Shown one piece after another: positions 29,514 through 40,027 of a DNA stretch of 52,498 nucleotides (position 1 is its first letter; each line of letters opens with the position of its first letter). The translations under genes were made by a program, and so were the position numbers. Source of the DNA: Minisyncoccia bacterium (lineage in GTDB: Bacteria > Patescibacteriota > Minisyncoccia > SW-4-49-11); the NCBI GenBank assembly GCA_044356725.1, contig JBIKVS010000007.1, positions 1-52,498 of the forward strand. Reading direction: 5' to 3'. Under the pieces are notes generated by a model. It worked only from the letters and a program-made list of their open reading frames with translations. It searched no databases and had not been told where the DNA came from.

Positions 29514-30227
29514 TCATCTTTTTCTTAATTTCCAAAAAAACACTCCTACTCCAGCTACGAGGAAGAGTATTCCTCCTATTAGAAGTAGTATATTAGAGCT
29601 GTTGGAATTGCTATTTTCTAATGATTCAGGGGTTGCTATTGTATCTGAGTTGTCATTGTTAGATAATAATACTACTCCTTCTTCATTGCGGATAACTCCA
29701 TTTTGGGCTTGCAAGGTTCTAATGGTCTCTTCGGAGAAATTAACATTATCTCCTAAACAATCATGTATACAGGTATTGGTATCTTCTCCCTTTTCATATT
29801 CACAGACAAAGTTTTGATTACAAGTACTGTCTTTGGATACATCAATATTTAATACCTTTCCATTCTTACTCTTGATATTAATAGCTTTCACATGAGGGAA
29901 ATAGTCTACATTAATGACAAATGCTCCCTCAATGTATGGATATACCAATGTTTGAGGGAAAGTATATTGATATGCTTCTAAATTGACTTGAAAATTATTA
30001 TCTACTGGTAAATCTGATCTATCACTAAAGGTTATTGTATCTTCTGTATCTACTAATTTTACTGGCTCTGAGACAAACCTGTCTAAGCGAACTTCATCTG
30101 CATTTTTATCATAAAATAAAGATATTTGATAGCTTTTGGCCTCACTATATATTGGTATAAATCCAATTAATATTATTATAAAAATGAGTGTGAATTTCAT
30201 ATAGTTATTATAATTAATTATGGACAA
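29514..30227 (-). CDS. Secreted protein with Cys motif and C-terminal membrane anchor
   Basis: Signal peptide; CNQNFVCEYEKGEDTNTCIHDC; terminal TM helix plus KLRKR. Confidence 0.75.
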   Translation of the reverse strand: MSIINYNNYMKFTLIFIIILIGFIPIYSEAKSYQISLFYDKNADEVRLDRFVSEPVKLVDTEDTITFSDRSDLPVDNNFQVNLEAYQYTFPQTLVYPYIEGAFVINVDYFPHVKAINIKSKNGKVLNIDVSKDSTCNQNFVCEYEKGEDTNTCIHDCLGDNVNFSEETIRTLQAQNGVIRNEEGVVLLSNNDNSDTIATPESLENSNSNSSNILLLIGGILFLVAGVGVFFWKLRKR

Positions 30228-31627
30228 TTATCTGCATCCAAGGTTTTACATAATTGAGCAAAATCTGGATAAGCACGGGTTGTATCGTTTTCTTGACAAT
30301 ATCTTTTATTAGAACAAGATGCACAACCAGGTACTGGAGTCCATTGACATGCTCCTCTATAAGAGCCTACATTGGCTCTAGCACTAGCAGCAAAGGAATC
30401 ACAGGTTGTTATGTTGTTATCTCTAAGCCACCAAGCTGCTGCCCTATCTTGTGAAGCAGGACTAGCTTGATAGGCAGAAGTAGTTCTTTCACTAACACCA
30501 GCTGCTGCAGACCATCCCGACCAAGTACTATTAATAATCTGATATCTTCCAGATGCTGTAGCACTATTTGGTGGAAGAGTATAGGAGTCAGCTCCACCTC
30601 TAGATGGAGTCTCATATACAGATATAGCTCTTAGAACTGCCGATAATTCTCCAGTTATAGTAGTGTCTCCTAAACATGCCACGTTTAAAGAACCAGTATC
30701 TATTGGGCCACTAGGAACTGCTACTCCCCCCCCATTCGTTCCTCTATCATTAAAAGTACTGGCAGTATCACATTTTACACTAAAGATTTGTCCGTCTTGA
30801 AAGTCAAATATTGCTGAGAAATTCGCTGATTGGAAGCCAAGTGAGACTAATACAAAGCTAAATAATAAGAAACTTGCCATTACTAACAATAATCCTATAA
30901 CTGCATTGGTTATTATGCCATATCCTTCGCTTAATCTACCCGAATTGCCTGCTGAGGTGAGTACATAAACTCCTCCTATTACTATACTTAATACTGCTAA
31001 AGCTGCTAACAGTCCTAATGCAAAGTTAAATATATCTCTAATTAATATAAATATATCACATATTGTACAATCTCTACTTACTCCACATTTGACTAATCCT
31101 GATTCTGATCCTGCAGATCCTCCTGGTGAATTAGATCCTGCACTATCACTTGTGATTATGGGACTAGAAGAAGTAGGAGTACTAGATGAGTTGGATGCCC
31201 CACCACCTACGGTACCGGTAATGGTTCTTTCTTTTTTACAAACAAAATCCTGACACTCTAAACCTGCTATACATTCGTTCCCATTTCCAGAACAAGATTG
31301 CCCTTCTGTTTTAGTACCTCTTGGTCTAGAACAAACCTCATTAATACAAACTAGCCCATTCTCACATGTATCTCCAGAACAGGATGATCCTATACTAGAT
31401 CTACAGGTTAATCCAAGACTTGGATTTCTTGGATCTTTTACCTGACATTTTCCACTAATTCTTGACACTCCTTTTTGAAAAGTACAGGATTTTTCTAATA
31501 CGGTCGCTCCTCCACTACAAGCTCCATCTGCTGTCTGAGCAAAAGATATTTGAATCGAAAAAATAAAAAATATAAAAATTGTAATTATACCTAAGCTATA
31601 TATATTTTTATTCTTCATACTTTTCAT
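30218..31627 (-). CDS. Pilin-domain protein with Cys-rich N-terminus and C-terminal lambda-lysozyme-like domain
   Basis: GLVKCG..CTICD, GGVYVLTSAGN..G..IITNAVIGL pilin core; AISVYE...ATASGRYQIINSTW...SPASQDRAA. Confidence 0.78.
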   Translation of the reverse strand: MKSMKNKNIYSLGIITIFIFFIFSIQISFAQTADGACSGGATVLEKSCTFQKGVSRISGKCQVKDPRNPSLGLTCRSSIGSSCSGDTCENGLVCINEVCSRPRGTKTEGQSCSGNGNECIAGLECQDFVCKKERTITGTVGGGASNSSSTPTSSSPIITSDSAGSNSPGGSAGSESGLVKCGVSRDCTICDIFILIRDIFNFALGLLAALAVLSIVIGGVYVLTSAGNSGRLSEGYGIITNAVIGLLLVMASFLLFSFVLVSLGFQSANFSAIFDFQDGQIFSVKCDTASTFNDRGTNGGGVAVPSGPIDTGSLNVACLGDTTITGELSAVLRAISVYETPSRGGADSYTLPPNSATASGRYQIINSTWSGWSAAAGVSERTTSAYQASPASQDRAAAWWLRDNNITTCDSFAASARANVGSYRGACQWTPVPGCASCSNKRYCQENDTTRAYPDFAQLCKTLDADNCP

Positions 31628-32970
31628 CGTGCAAAGTCATCTGCTAAGGCTTGAATCTGAGCTTGAGCTTGGGATAAGGCTCTACTATAGCTAAACAAAC
31701 CTAAATTTACATTATTAATAGCTTCAATTAAAATTCTATCTACAGTATTATTATCTGGTTGTCTCCAAGTTTTGGCTTGAAGTACTTGTTTTACAAAAAC
31801 TCCATAATCTACATCCTGTGACTGTACTTCTATTAAATCTCGTCTAGGTGTTGGTCGTTTAGTATTTAGGAAATACTCCTGAGATTGCTCTTTTTCGGTA
31901 AGAAATTTAAGAAATGTATAGGCTTCACTAGTATATTGAGATTGAGTACTTACTCCATATCCCCAATAATTAGCATAGTTAGAAAGTCCTGATTCCAAAG
32001 ATACTTGCGGTAATGGAGCAACTGCAAAATTAAGTCTAGGAGCTTTAGCTTTAATAGCCTCTACCTGATATGAATAAGTTATCATCATTGCTACCTCTCT
32101 TTCATAAAAAGCATCTATTGAATTATCAAGAGTTGGATTCCAGTTATATACTGTTTTTCTTGGATTAGCAAAGTCAGTATAGTACTCTAAAGCTAATTCA
32201 GCTGGATTAATATCTTGTCCACTCTGTGACCTACTTTGAGTAAATGTGATTTGAGTATAATCATTTGGATTTGTCATCTGAGCACCTGTTTGTATCATTA
32301 ATGCAGCTAATAAATCTGGAGATCTATTAATATTATCTCCTGTTCCAAGAGCAATTCCTGACTGTATAAAATTGCCGAACTGATCTATTTTAGTAAGTTT
32401 AGGTACTAAATCTTGTACTTCTTTCCAAGTTGCTGGTGGGTTAACTATTCCGGCATCATTAAAAGCATCTTTATTATAGAACAGGGCTAAAGTATCAGTA
32501 TATAAAGGGAATCCGTAGACTTTATCTTCTACTACAAAGTCTTCAGAAACCACATCTACAAATCTCTCCTTATATTCTTTTAATGTCATTATCTCTTCTG
32601 GCATTGGAGCTAATTTATTTTTATGCTTACTATACCAAGTATGATGCATAGCAAATATATCCGGACCTCTATTTTCCGCTAAAGCATTGACTAAATCTTT
32701 TTCATATTCCTGTGGTGTGAGTTTACGATATTCTATATTTATATTGGGATATTGTTTTCTAAAGTCAGATATATAACCGTCCATTAATTGACTATCATCC
32801 CATAATCCCCAGATTAATAAATCTGCATTTAGTACTTTTTCTCTTCCTCTAGGATTAAATCCTAAAGCATTAGCGAGCATTAATATAATCATAGCAGTCA
32901 TAAATACTCCAGCTGCTATAATAACTTTACGATTTTTAACAAAAGAATCTAATGAAGTGCTTCTAGCCAT
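31624..32970 (-). CDS. Extracellular solute-binding protein (ABC sugar-binding family)
   Basis: N-terminal TM helix; GPDIF, YGFPLYTDTLALFYNKD, PPATW. Confidence 0.92.
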   Translation of the reverse strand: MARSTSLDSFVKNRKVIIAAGVFMTAMIILMLANALGFNPRGREKVLNADLLIWGLWDDSQLMDGYISDFRKQYPNINIEYRKLTPQEYEKDLVNALAENRGPDIFAMHHTWYSKHKNKLAPMPEEIMTLKEYKERFVDVVSEDFVVEDKVYGFPLYTDTLALFYNKDAFNDAGIVNPPATWKEVQDLVPKLTKIDQFGNFIQSGIALGTGDNINRSPDLLAALMIQTGAQMTNPNDYTQITFTQSRSQSGQDINPAELALEYYTDFANPRKTVYNWNPTLDNSIDAFYEREVAMMITYSYQVEAIKAKAPRLNFAVAPLPQVSLESGLSNYANYWGYGVSTQSQYTSEAYTFLKFLTEKEQSQEYFLNTKRPTPRRDLIEVQSQDVDYGVFVKQVLQAKTWRQPDNNTVDRILIEAINNVNLGLFSYSRALSQAQAQIQALADDFAR

Positions 32971-32972
32971 AG

Positions 32973-33515
32973 TTATAATTTATTAAAAATATATCCATAA
33001 TGGTATTTGCCAGCTTCAATTCTATAATCTATTTCAAATCCATTATTTTGGACTAAAGAGATAATCTCTCTTTCTGGCAAGCGTAAATTCTTAGGTGGAC
33101 CAATGGGACTCAGCATATCCCACTCAATCATAGCTAATTTACCATTAGCTTTAAGCACTCTATGAGCTTCTTGAATTAATTTCTTTTTATTGCTAACTTG
33201 AAACATAATATTATGAATCATTACCAAATCTACTGATTCTTTTGGTAAACTAGAGCCAGATTCACATTCCAAATTAGCTAAAATCAACTCTATATTAGTA
33301 ATTCCTTTGATTTTGTACCTGCTTCTCAATGATTGATGTGCTGATTCTAAGACATCGATAGCATATACCTTTCCCTTTGTGACAACTGTCTCAGCAATAG
33401 CAATGGCAAAGTCTCCAGCTCCACTACCAAAATCAGCAACTTGACTATTAGACTCAATTTCAAATTGATGTACTATTTCGCGTGGGGATAAAAATCTATT
33501 AGTTTGATCTAGCAT
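32973..33515 (-). CDS. Class I SAM-dependent methyltransferase
   Basis: VADFGSGAG, VYAID, EAHRVLK..G.L..IEW. Confidence 0.92.
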   Translation of the reverse strand: MLDQTNRFLSPREIVHQFEIESNSQVADFGSGAGDFAIAIAETVVTKGKVYAIDVLESAHQSLRSRYKIKGITNIELILANLECESGSSLPKESVDLVMIHNIMFQVSNKKKLIQEAHRVLKANGKLAMIEWDMLSPIGPPKNLRLPEREIISLVQNNGFEIDYRIEAGKYHYGYIFNKL

Positions 33516-33575
33516 AATTTATTTTAATTTTGAACTTAATTTAAGTATAAAAGATTTTATGAAAATAGTCAAATA

Positions 33576-36071
33576 CTATTTTTCTTCTTCAACCTCTACT
33601 TCATCTTCTGTTGTTACTGCAATAGAGGCAATTGTATCATCTTTGGTTAGTCTCATAATCTTTACTCCTTGTGTATCTCGAGATAGAGTTGGAATATCTT
33701 TTTGAATATTCAACTTGATTATATTTCCCCCAAGCGATATAGCTATTAGTTCTTTGCTCTCTGCTGTTACAACTTGAGCTCCGATTACGGGACCTGTTTT
33801 AGTAGTAATTTTAGAAACTTTGACTCCACTACCTCCTCTTTTTTGCACTTTATAGTGACTTAATTTACTCTTTTTACCATACCCATAAGATGTAGCTATA
33901 ACCAACCATCCTTGCTCATCTCCTGAGCGAATAGTCTGCATTGCAAGTACCGTATCATCTGATTTCAAAGTCATAGCTTTGACTCCTGCGGCTGTTCTTC
34001 CCATTGGTCGTAATTCTTCTTGAGGGAATCGAATAGCCTTACCTTGGCTTGTAAATAAAATAATATCATCATCCGGACAAGTAACGGTAGCTTGGATTAA
34101 AGTATCGTTGTCTTTTAGGTTGATGGCTATAATTCCACCTTTTCTGACATTAGCATAGACGGACATTACACTCTTTTTAATAATTCCCAACTTAGTGACA
34201 ATAGAGATGAAGCTATTTGAAGAATCTTCCATTGGCAAAATAGATTGAATTTGCTCTTGTTTAGATAATTCTAAGAAATTAACAATTGATTGACCTTTAG
34301 CTATTCTAGATCCTTGAGGAATCTCATAAGCCTTTAGTTTCAAAACTCTACCATTATTGGTGAAGAATAATAATTTCGCATGAGTAGTGGTATGTAAGAA
34401 AATAGATACAGAATCATCTTCTCTGGTCTTCACTCCAGATACACCAACTCCTCCTCGTCTTTGAGAACGATATTCTTTAGGATCTACTCTTTTTATATAC
34501 CCATCTTTAGTCAAAATTATAATAGTGTCCTCATTTGGGATAAAATCTGTCTCCTTGAAATCTCCTAAGTCCTCTGTAAATACTCTAGTCTTTCTCTCGT
34601 CACCATATTGGTCAGAAACCTCTTGTAAGTCATTCTTGATAATTGCAAAAATTCTCTCCTCAGAAGCTAAGATTGCTTCTAACTCTTGAATTAACAATAC
34701 CAACTCAGCCAATTCATCCAAAATCTTTTGTCGCTCTAATCCAGCCAGAGTTTGTAGTCGCATATCTAGGATAGCTTGAGCTTGTAATTGACTAAATTCA
34801 AATCTTTTAATCAAATTAACTTTGGCAATTTCTTTACTCTCAGAACCACGGATAATACTAATCACCTCATCAATAAAATCTAAAGCTTTTTTAAGACCCT
34901 CCAAAATATGCGCTCGGTCTTTGGCTTGTTGTAATTCAAATTCAGTTTTCCTGATTACTACCTCTTTTCGATGTCTAATATAATATTGCAAAGCCTGCTT
35001 GAGAGATAGAGTTTTTGGCTCTATCCCATCACAAAGAGCCAACATATTGACATGATAAGTCTTTTGTAAATCTGTAAGTTTATAGAGTTTATTGAGAACC
35101 TTTTGCGGATAAGCATCAGACTTCAGTTCAATTACGATTCGAACTTTTTTGGATGATTCATCTCGAATATCCTTAATTCCATCTAATTTTTTATCTCTAA
35201 CTAAATTAGCCATTTTCTCGATCAGAGTAGCTTTATTAGTCTGATAAGTCATCTCTGAGACAATGATATCAAAAGCATTACCCTTTTTACCTCGCTCTAC
35301 AATTTCAGCCTTAGCTCTAGTGACTAATGGTCCTCTACCTGTAGCATAAACTTGTCTAATATTATCTATATTATATAATTCTCCGCCAGTTGGGAAATCA
35401 GGACCTTTAATGAATTTAAGCAATTCCTCGACTGTACTATCTGGATTTTCAATCAAAGCAATTGTGGCTCCTACTACTTCTTTTAAATTGTGAGGCGGAA
35501 TATTAGTCGCCATACCAACTGCAATTCCAGTTCCTCCATTGATTAATAAATTAGGCACTCTAGAAGGTAGTACAGTTGGCTCATTGCGGCTACCATCATA
35601 ATTAGGAGTAAAATTAACAGTATTTTTATCAATGTCAAGCAACATCTCCCGAGTAATCTTAGCCATCTTTGCCTCTGTATACCTCATAGCAGCAGCTGAG
35701 TCACCATCCATAGACCCAAAGTTTCCCTGCCCCTTAACTAAAGTATATCTATAAGAAAAATCTTGAGCCATTCTAACCATAGAGTCATACACAGCCGTAT
35801 CTCCATGAGGATGATATTTACCAAGCACATCTCCGACTATTTTAGCAGACTTGCTAAACTTTGCCTCAGGCCTTAAACCAAGCTCATGCATAGCATATAA
35901 AATTCTTCTATGCACAGGCTTTAGCCCATCTCTAACATCAGGTAAAGCTCGGTCTATAATCACACTCATTGAGTAGTCAATATAGGCATTCTCCATTTCA
36001 GAGACAATATCAGTCAATTCGATATTACCCATATTTTCAATCTTTTGGATATTGGTGTCTTCTGTTGCCAT
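33576..36071 (-). CDS. gyrA: DNA gyrase subunit A
   Basis: [29 protein letters not shown], GyrA box QRRGGVG. Confidence 0.99.
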   Translation of the reverse strand: MATEDTNIQKIENMGNIELTDIVSEMENAYIDYSMSVIIDRALPDVRDGLKPVHRRILYAMHELGLRPEAKFSKSAKIVGDVLGKYHPHGDTAVYDSMVRMAQDFSYRYTLVKGQGNFGSMDGDSAAAMRYTEAKMAKITREMLLDIDKNTVNFTPNYDGSRNEPTVLPSRVPNLLINGGTGIAVGMATNIPPHNLKEVVGATIALIENPDSTVEELLKFIKGPDFPTGGELYNIDNIRQVYATGRGPLVTRAKAEIVERGKKGNAFDIIVSEMTYQTNKATLIEKMANLVRDKKLDGIKDIRDESSKKVRIVIELKSDAYPQKVLNKLYKLTDLQKTYHVNMLALCDGIEPKTLSLKQALQYYIRHRKEVVIRKTEFELQQAKDRAHILEGLKKALDFIDEVISIIRGSESKEIAKVNLIKRFEFSQLQAQAILDMRLQTLAGLERQKILDELAELVLLIQELEAILASEERIFAIIKNDLQEVSDQYGDERKTRVFTEDLGDFKETDFIPNEDTIIILTKDGYIKRVDPKEYRSQRRGGVGVSGVKTREDDSVSIFLHTTTHAKLLFFTNNGRVLKLKAYEIPQGSRIAKGQSIVNFLELSKQEQIQSILPMEDSSNSFISIVTKLGIIKKSVMSVYANVRKGGIIAINLKDNDTLIQATVTCPDDDIILFTSQGKAIRFPQEELRPMGRTAAGVKAMTLKSDDTVLAMQTIRSGDEQGWLVIATSYGYGKKSKLSHYKVQKRGGSGVKVSKITTKTGPVIGAQVVTAESKELIAISLGGNIIKLNIQKDIPTLSRDTQGVKIMRLTKDDTIASIAVTTEDEVEVEEEK

Positions 36072-36079
36072 AATTTTAA

Positions 36080-36667
36080 CTATTTAATCTGCGGTTCTAA
36101 TGCTTTGATCTCAACTGAGTCAAAAGGTAAATCTGCCTTTTTGGAACTAAATTCAGACTGAGGTTCTGTTTTCACCCCATATTCACTGCTTAGAGCTTGA
36201 AGTTGTGATTCACTTTCATACACTGGGATGACAATTCTAGGCTCAACAGCATTAATCAACTGAATAGATTTTTCTGAACCAAAAGAACTAGTCATAGACA
36301 TCAATAAAATATCCGGACTTCCCAAAAATTCTAAATCCTTAGACTCCAATTCTTGAGCAATTCCCAATGTAATACCAACCAATATACCTTCCGCCGATAA
36401 TGACACTAAATTCACAGGCTGAGCCATATTCTCTTGTTGAATAGACTTAACTCTAACTGTCACCCCCTGATAAGAGTATTCTCCTGCCCCACTGATATGA
36501 TAGCCCTTTGAGTTGTTAAAAGACAATTTATTGGTAGATATAGTCAAATCATTGTCTTTAATTGAAATAATTGGTTTGGATCCATCTTCCATCACAGGAT
36601 TAATAACTATTCTGTAATCTTTACCTTTAACCGTAAGAGTAATATTGTTTTGCCATTGTATCTGCAT
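36080..36667 (-). CDS. Degenerate metallo-beta-lactamase-fold protein
   Basis: MQIQW, ISGAGEY, DILL and EPRIVIP resemble the CPR MBL-fold family, but the metal-binding His/Asp residues are missing. Confidence 0.7.
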   Translation of the reverse strand: MQIQWQNNITLTVKGKDYRIVINPVMEDGSKPIISIKDNDLTISTNKLSFNNSKGYHISGAGEYSYQGVTVRVKSIQQENMAQPVNLVSLSAEGILVGITLGIAQELESKDLEFLGSPDILLMSMTSSFGSEKSIQLINAVEPRIVIPVYESESQLQALSSEYGVKTEPQSEFSSKKADLPFDSVEIKALEPQIK

Positions 36668-36673
36668 ATTGAA

Positions 36674-38161
36674 TTATTTATTCTGAGTAATAGTATCGTG
36701 TAATAATTGTTTCGCCACTTGAGGATTGGCACTACCTTTGGAATATCGCATAACCTGACCTACTAAGAACTGTATCACATTCTCATTGCCATTCCTATAA
36801 TCTTCTACAACCTTTGTTTGCTCCAAGATAACTTGGTCAACAATTGCCTGTAGAGCACCTGTATCACTAACCTGTCTCAAGCCCTGAGATTCTACAATAT
36901 CACTAGGGTCTGAGCCAGTCTCTAACATTTGTAATAACAAAGTCTGAGCTCCAGTAGAAGACACCTCTCCACTAAAGACAATCTTAATAAACTCAGCATA
37001 ATTCTCAGCAGTAATCGGTGAATCTTTAAAGCTAAATCCTTTCTCTGAATAATGCTTAATGAGTTCAGTCAAAAGATAATTAGCCGACAATTTGATAAGT
37101 TTAGAGTGATCAGCCTCAGCTAATTGTTTGTTTTCTGACTTAATCCAAGCTTCTAATTCAGAAATAACTTGTTCAAAATAATCAGCCAAAGCCTTATTCC
37201 TCACCAAAATTTCAATTTGTTGAGCTTGTAGGTTATATTGAGTAGTAAATCGCTGTCTTTTTGCAATCGGAAGCTCAGCTTTGATAGAAGCAGCATCAGC
37301 TACAATTGCAGAAGTCTCAAAAGGAGGAATATCTGGTTCGACAAAGTACCTATAATCATTCGCATTTTCTTTTTTTCTTTGGCTAAAAGTGATAGCCTTA
37401 GTATCATCCCAACCTCTCGTTTCTTGCACCACTTCACCACCTTGATTCAAAACCTCACTCTGTCTAGTAATCTCATAAGCAATCGCCTGCTCTACAACAC
37501 GGAATGAATTCAAGTTCTTAATCTCAACTTTAGTCCCAAAAGCCTCCGTCCCCTTCTCCCGAAGAGAAATATTAACCTCACATCGCATCTGCCCCTTATC
37601 CATATCCCCATCCGAAATATCCAAATATCTCAGAATCAACTGTAACTCTTCACAAAAGACCTTCGCCTCCTCAGCATTACGAATATCCGGCTCCGTCACC
37701 AACTCCATCAGAGGAAGACCCGCTCGATTATAATCCACCACCGTCTTACCATTGATATGAGATAATTTACCAGTATCCTCCTCCATATGGATTCTAGTAA
37801 TACGGATATGCTTCACCCCTTGAGAAGTCATAATCTCAATCTCACCATCATAGCATAGAGGCCGCTCATATTGAGTAATCTGATAACCTTTCGGCAAATC
37901 AGGATAAAAATAACTTTTTCGCTCAAACCAAGTATAATCAGAAATCTGACAATTCAAAGCCTGACCAAAACGAGCAAGTTTCACCAAAGCCTCCCGATTC
38001 GGCACCGGCAAAGTCCCAGGATGACCAGTACAAATAGGACAAATATGAATATTAGGCTTATCCTCAAGCCCCAAGCCATTCACACAAGCACAAAACATTT
38101 TAGATTTTGTTTTAGATTCAACATGAACCTCCATTCCAATAACTGCTTCGTATTCTTTCAT
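36674..38161 (-). CDS. gatB: Asp/Glu-tRNA amidotransferase subunit B
   Basis: IGMEVHVE, YFYPDLPKGYQITQ, HMEEDTGK, VEIKNLNSF, DYRYF. Confidence 0.99.
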   Translation of the reverse strand: MKEYEAVIGMEVHVESKTKSKMFCACVNGLGLEDKPNIHICPICTGHPGTLPVPNREALVKLARFGQALNCQISDYTWFERKSYFYPDLPKGYQITQYERPLCYDGEIEIMTSQGVKHIRITRIHMEEDTGKLSHINGKTVVDYNRAGLPLMELVTEPDIRNAEEAKVFCEELQLILRYLDISDGDMDKGQMRCEVNISLREKGTEAFGTKVEIKNLNSFRVVEQAIAYEITRQSEVLNQGGEVVQETRGWDDTKAITFSQRKKENANDYRYFVEPDIPPFETSAIVADAASIKAELPIAKRQRFTTQYNLQAQQIEILVRNKALADYFEQVISELEAWIKSENKQLAEADHSKLIKLSANYLLTELIKHYSEKGFSFKDSPITAENYAEFIKIVFSGEVSSTGAQTLLLQMLETGSDPSDIVESQGLRQVSDTGALQAIVDQVILEQTKVVEDYRNGNENVIQFLVGQVMRYSKGSANPQVAKQLLHDTITQNK

Positions 38162-38243
38162 AATATATATAGGTATTATTTAAAACTAATTATATCATAG
38201 TATTACAATTTTGAGAATAGGAGGGGTAAAATTGGGCTCGATT

Positions 38244-38487
38244 CTGTCCTCCTTTGGAGGAGGTGGCACGAAGTGCCGGTGGTGGATTTTCCTTTAAAAT
38301 TCCGCCTCTGCCTACGGTAAATAAATTGAGGGGTGGCAGACTTTGTCTGACGGGGTGGACATGTATTCTGTCTCCCTTCCATCCCTACGGGAGGTAAATG
38401 GAGGGAGTACCCGTAGGGGGAGGGAGGACTATAGTTTGCTGAGCCTATCGAAGCATAATTCATCATTCATAATTCACAACTTATAAT
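38244..38487. repeat. Composite palindrome cluster plus reverse heptamer array
   Basis: CTGTCCTCCTTTGGAGGAGGTGGCACGAAGTGCCGG; GGAGGGAGTACCCGTAGGGGGAGGG; about 38300-38360 is the reverse complement of about 47520-47580. Confidence 0.88.
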
Positions 38488-38500
38488 TTCTCTCAAAACC

Positions 38501-38529
38501 TTGCTATTTTTAGCATTTTATGCTATAAT
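38501..38529 (+). promoter_or_regulatory. def-fmt promoter
   Basis: TTGCTA, 17-nt spacer, TATAAT with TG extension. Confidence 0.7.
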
Positions 38530-38557
38530 AATAACATATACTAACATATTTTTAGCC

Positions 38558-39076
38558 ATGATTCTGGACATAGAAACTGGGTTAAAGAACCCAATCCTTC
38601 GCACACCATCTAAACCAATCGATGCCATAACTCGAGAGATACATAAATTAGCTCGAGATATGAAGTCTAGCATACATCCACATCATGGGATGGGACTTGC
38701 TGCACCTCAAGTCGGACACAATGTCAGAATGATATTAATAAATGTACCTGGAGACCATTTTCCAGAGACAGGCTTTGATGACTGCGAACTAGACCAACAT
38801 TATATAATCATCAATCCTGTATTAACCTCAGTCAGTACCGACACATCAGTGATGGAAGAAGGATGTCTATCCCTACCAGAATATTTTGCCGATGTAGTAC
38901 GACCAACTAGTATAGTCTTTACCGGACTCAATCTTAAAGGAGAGACAATAGGAGGTAAAGCCACAGGCATATTTGCCCGTATACTACAACATGAAATAGA
39001 CCATTTAGACGGAATTCTATTCGCCGACAAAGCCCTTCCAGTCAAACCAAAAGAAGCAGGTAAAATTTATGTCTAA
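38558..39076 (+). CDS. def: Peptide deformylase
   Basis: GMGLAAPQVG, EGCLS, QHEIDHLDG; likely ATG at 38558. Confidence 0.98.
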   Translation: MILDIETGLKNPILRTPSKPIDAITREIHKLARDMKSSIHPHHGMGLAAPQVGHNVRMILINVPGDHFPETGFDDCELDQHYIIINPVLTSVSTDTSVMEEGCLSLPEYFADVVRPTSIVFTGLNLKGETIGGKATGIFARILQHEIDHLDGILFADKALPVKPKEAGKIYV

Positions 39077-40013
39077 ACCCAAAATTGTACTTTGGGGAAC
39101 CCCCTCTCTGGCAGTAGCAATAGCCGAGACACTTTTGACTTGGACCGAGATTACAGCCATTATCACCACCCCCGACACACCACAAGGAAGGAAGAAAATC
39201 CTAACCCCAAGCCCACTCAAAGAATTTGCCAATACACATAATCTCCCAGTCTTTAGCCCAGACAAACTCAAAACCCCAGAGACAATAGAATTATTAAACA
39301 ACCTCAAGTCAGACATCTGGTTAGTGATAGCCTATGGCAAAATCATCCCACAAACAATCCTAGATATAATGCCCAATAAAGTCCTCAACATACATCCCTC
39401 CCGATTACCACAATACCGAGGACCATCCCCCATTCAAGCCAGCCTACGAAATGGAGATAAATTAACCGCCGTCAGCCTAATGCAATTAGACCACCTAATG
39501 GATCACGGACCAATCATAGATCAAAAAGAGATAGACATATCCCCCACCGACACCTATATAGAATTAGAAAAAAAGATTATACAGGCCAGTGCCAAAATCC
39601 TAACAGAAGCCTTACCAAAGTTCATAACTGGCCAAATAATCCCACAACCTCAAGATGACACACAAGCCACTCTAGTCTCAATGGTACAAAAACAAGACGG
39701 GCAAATCAATTGGGAACAGCACACCGCCCAGGATATAATCAACCTATACCGAGCCTATATCATCTGGCCACAAATCTACACCTATCTCAATAACGGCAAG
39801 AAAATTATATTCGAGCAAATAGAGTTAGCGACAATCAACACTCAACCAAAGCTACAAGCCGGACATTGGCAATTAGATAATCAAAACGATAAAATTATAA
39901 TCGGCACCAATAATGGCAACATAGCCATCACCAAACTCAAAATCGAGGGCAAAAACTCCATCGACGCCAAAAGCTTCGCCAATGGCTATAAAGACACTTA
40001 TTTTGTAAATTAA
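39069..40013 (+). CDS. fmt: Methionyl-tRNA formyltransferase
   Basis: WGTP, AYGKIIP, NIHPSRLPQYRGPSPIQ, MDHGPI. Confidence 0.97.
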   Translation: MSKPKIVLWGTPSLAVAIAETLLTWTEITAIITTPDTPQGRKKILTPSPLKEFANTHNLPVFSPDKLKTPETIELLNNLKSDIWLVIAYGKIIPQTILDIMPNKVLNIHPSRLPQYRGPSPIQASLRNGDKLTAVSLMQLDHLMDHGPIIDQKEIDISPTDTYIELEKKIIQASAKILTEALPKFITGQIIPQPQDDTQATLVSMVQKQDGQINWEQHTAQDIINLYRAYIIWPQIYTYLNNGKKIIFEQIELATINTQPKLQAGHWQLDNQNDKIIIGTNNGNIAITKLKIEGKNSIDAKSFANGYKDTYFVN

Positions 40014-40027
40014 TAATTATGTCTATT

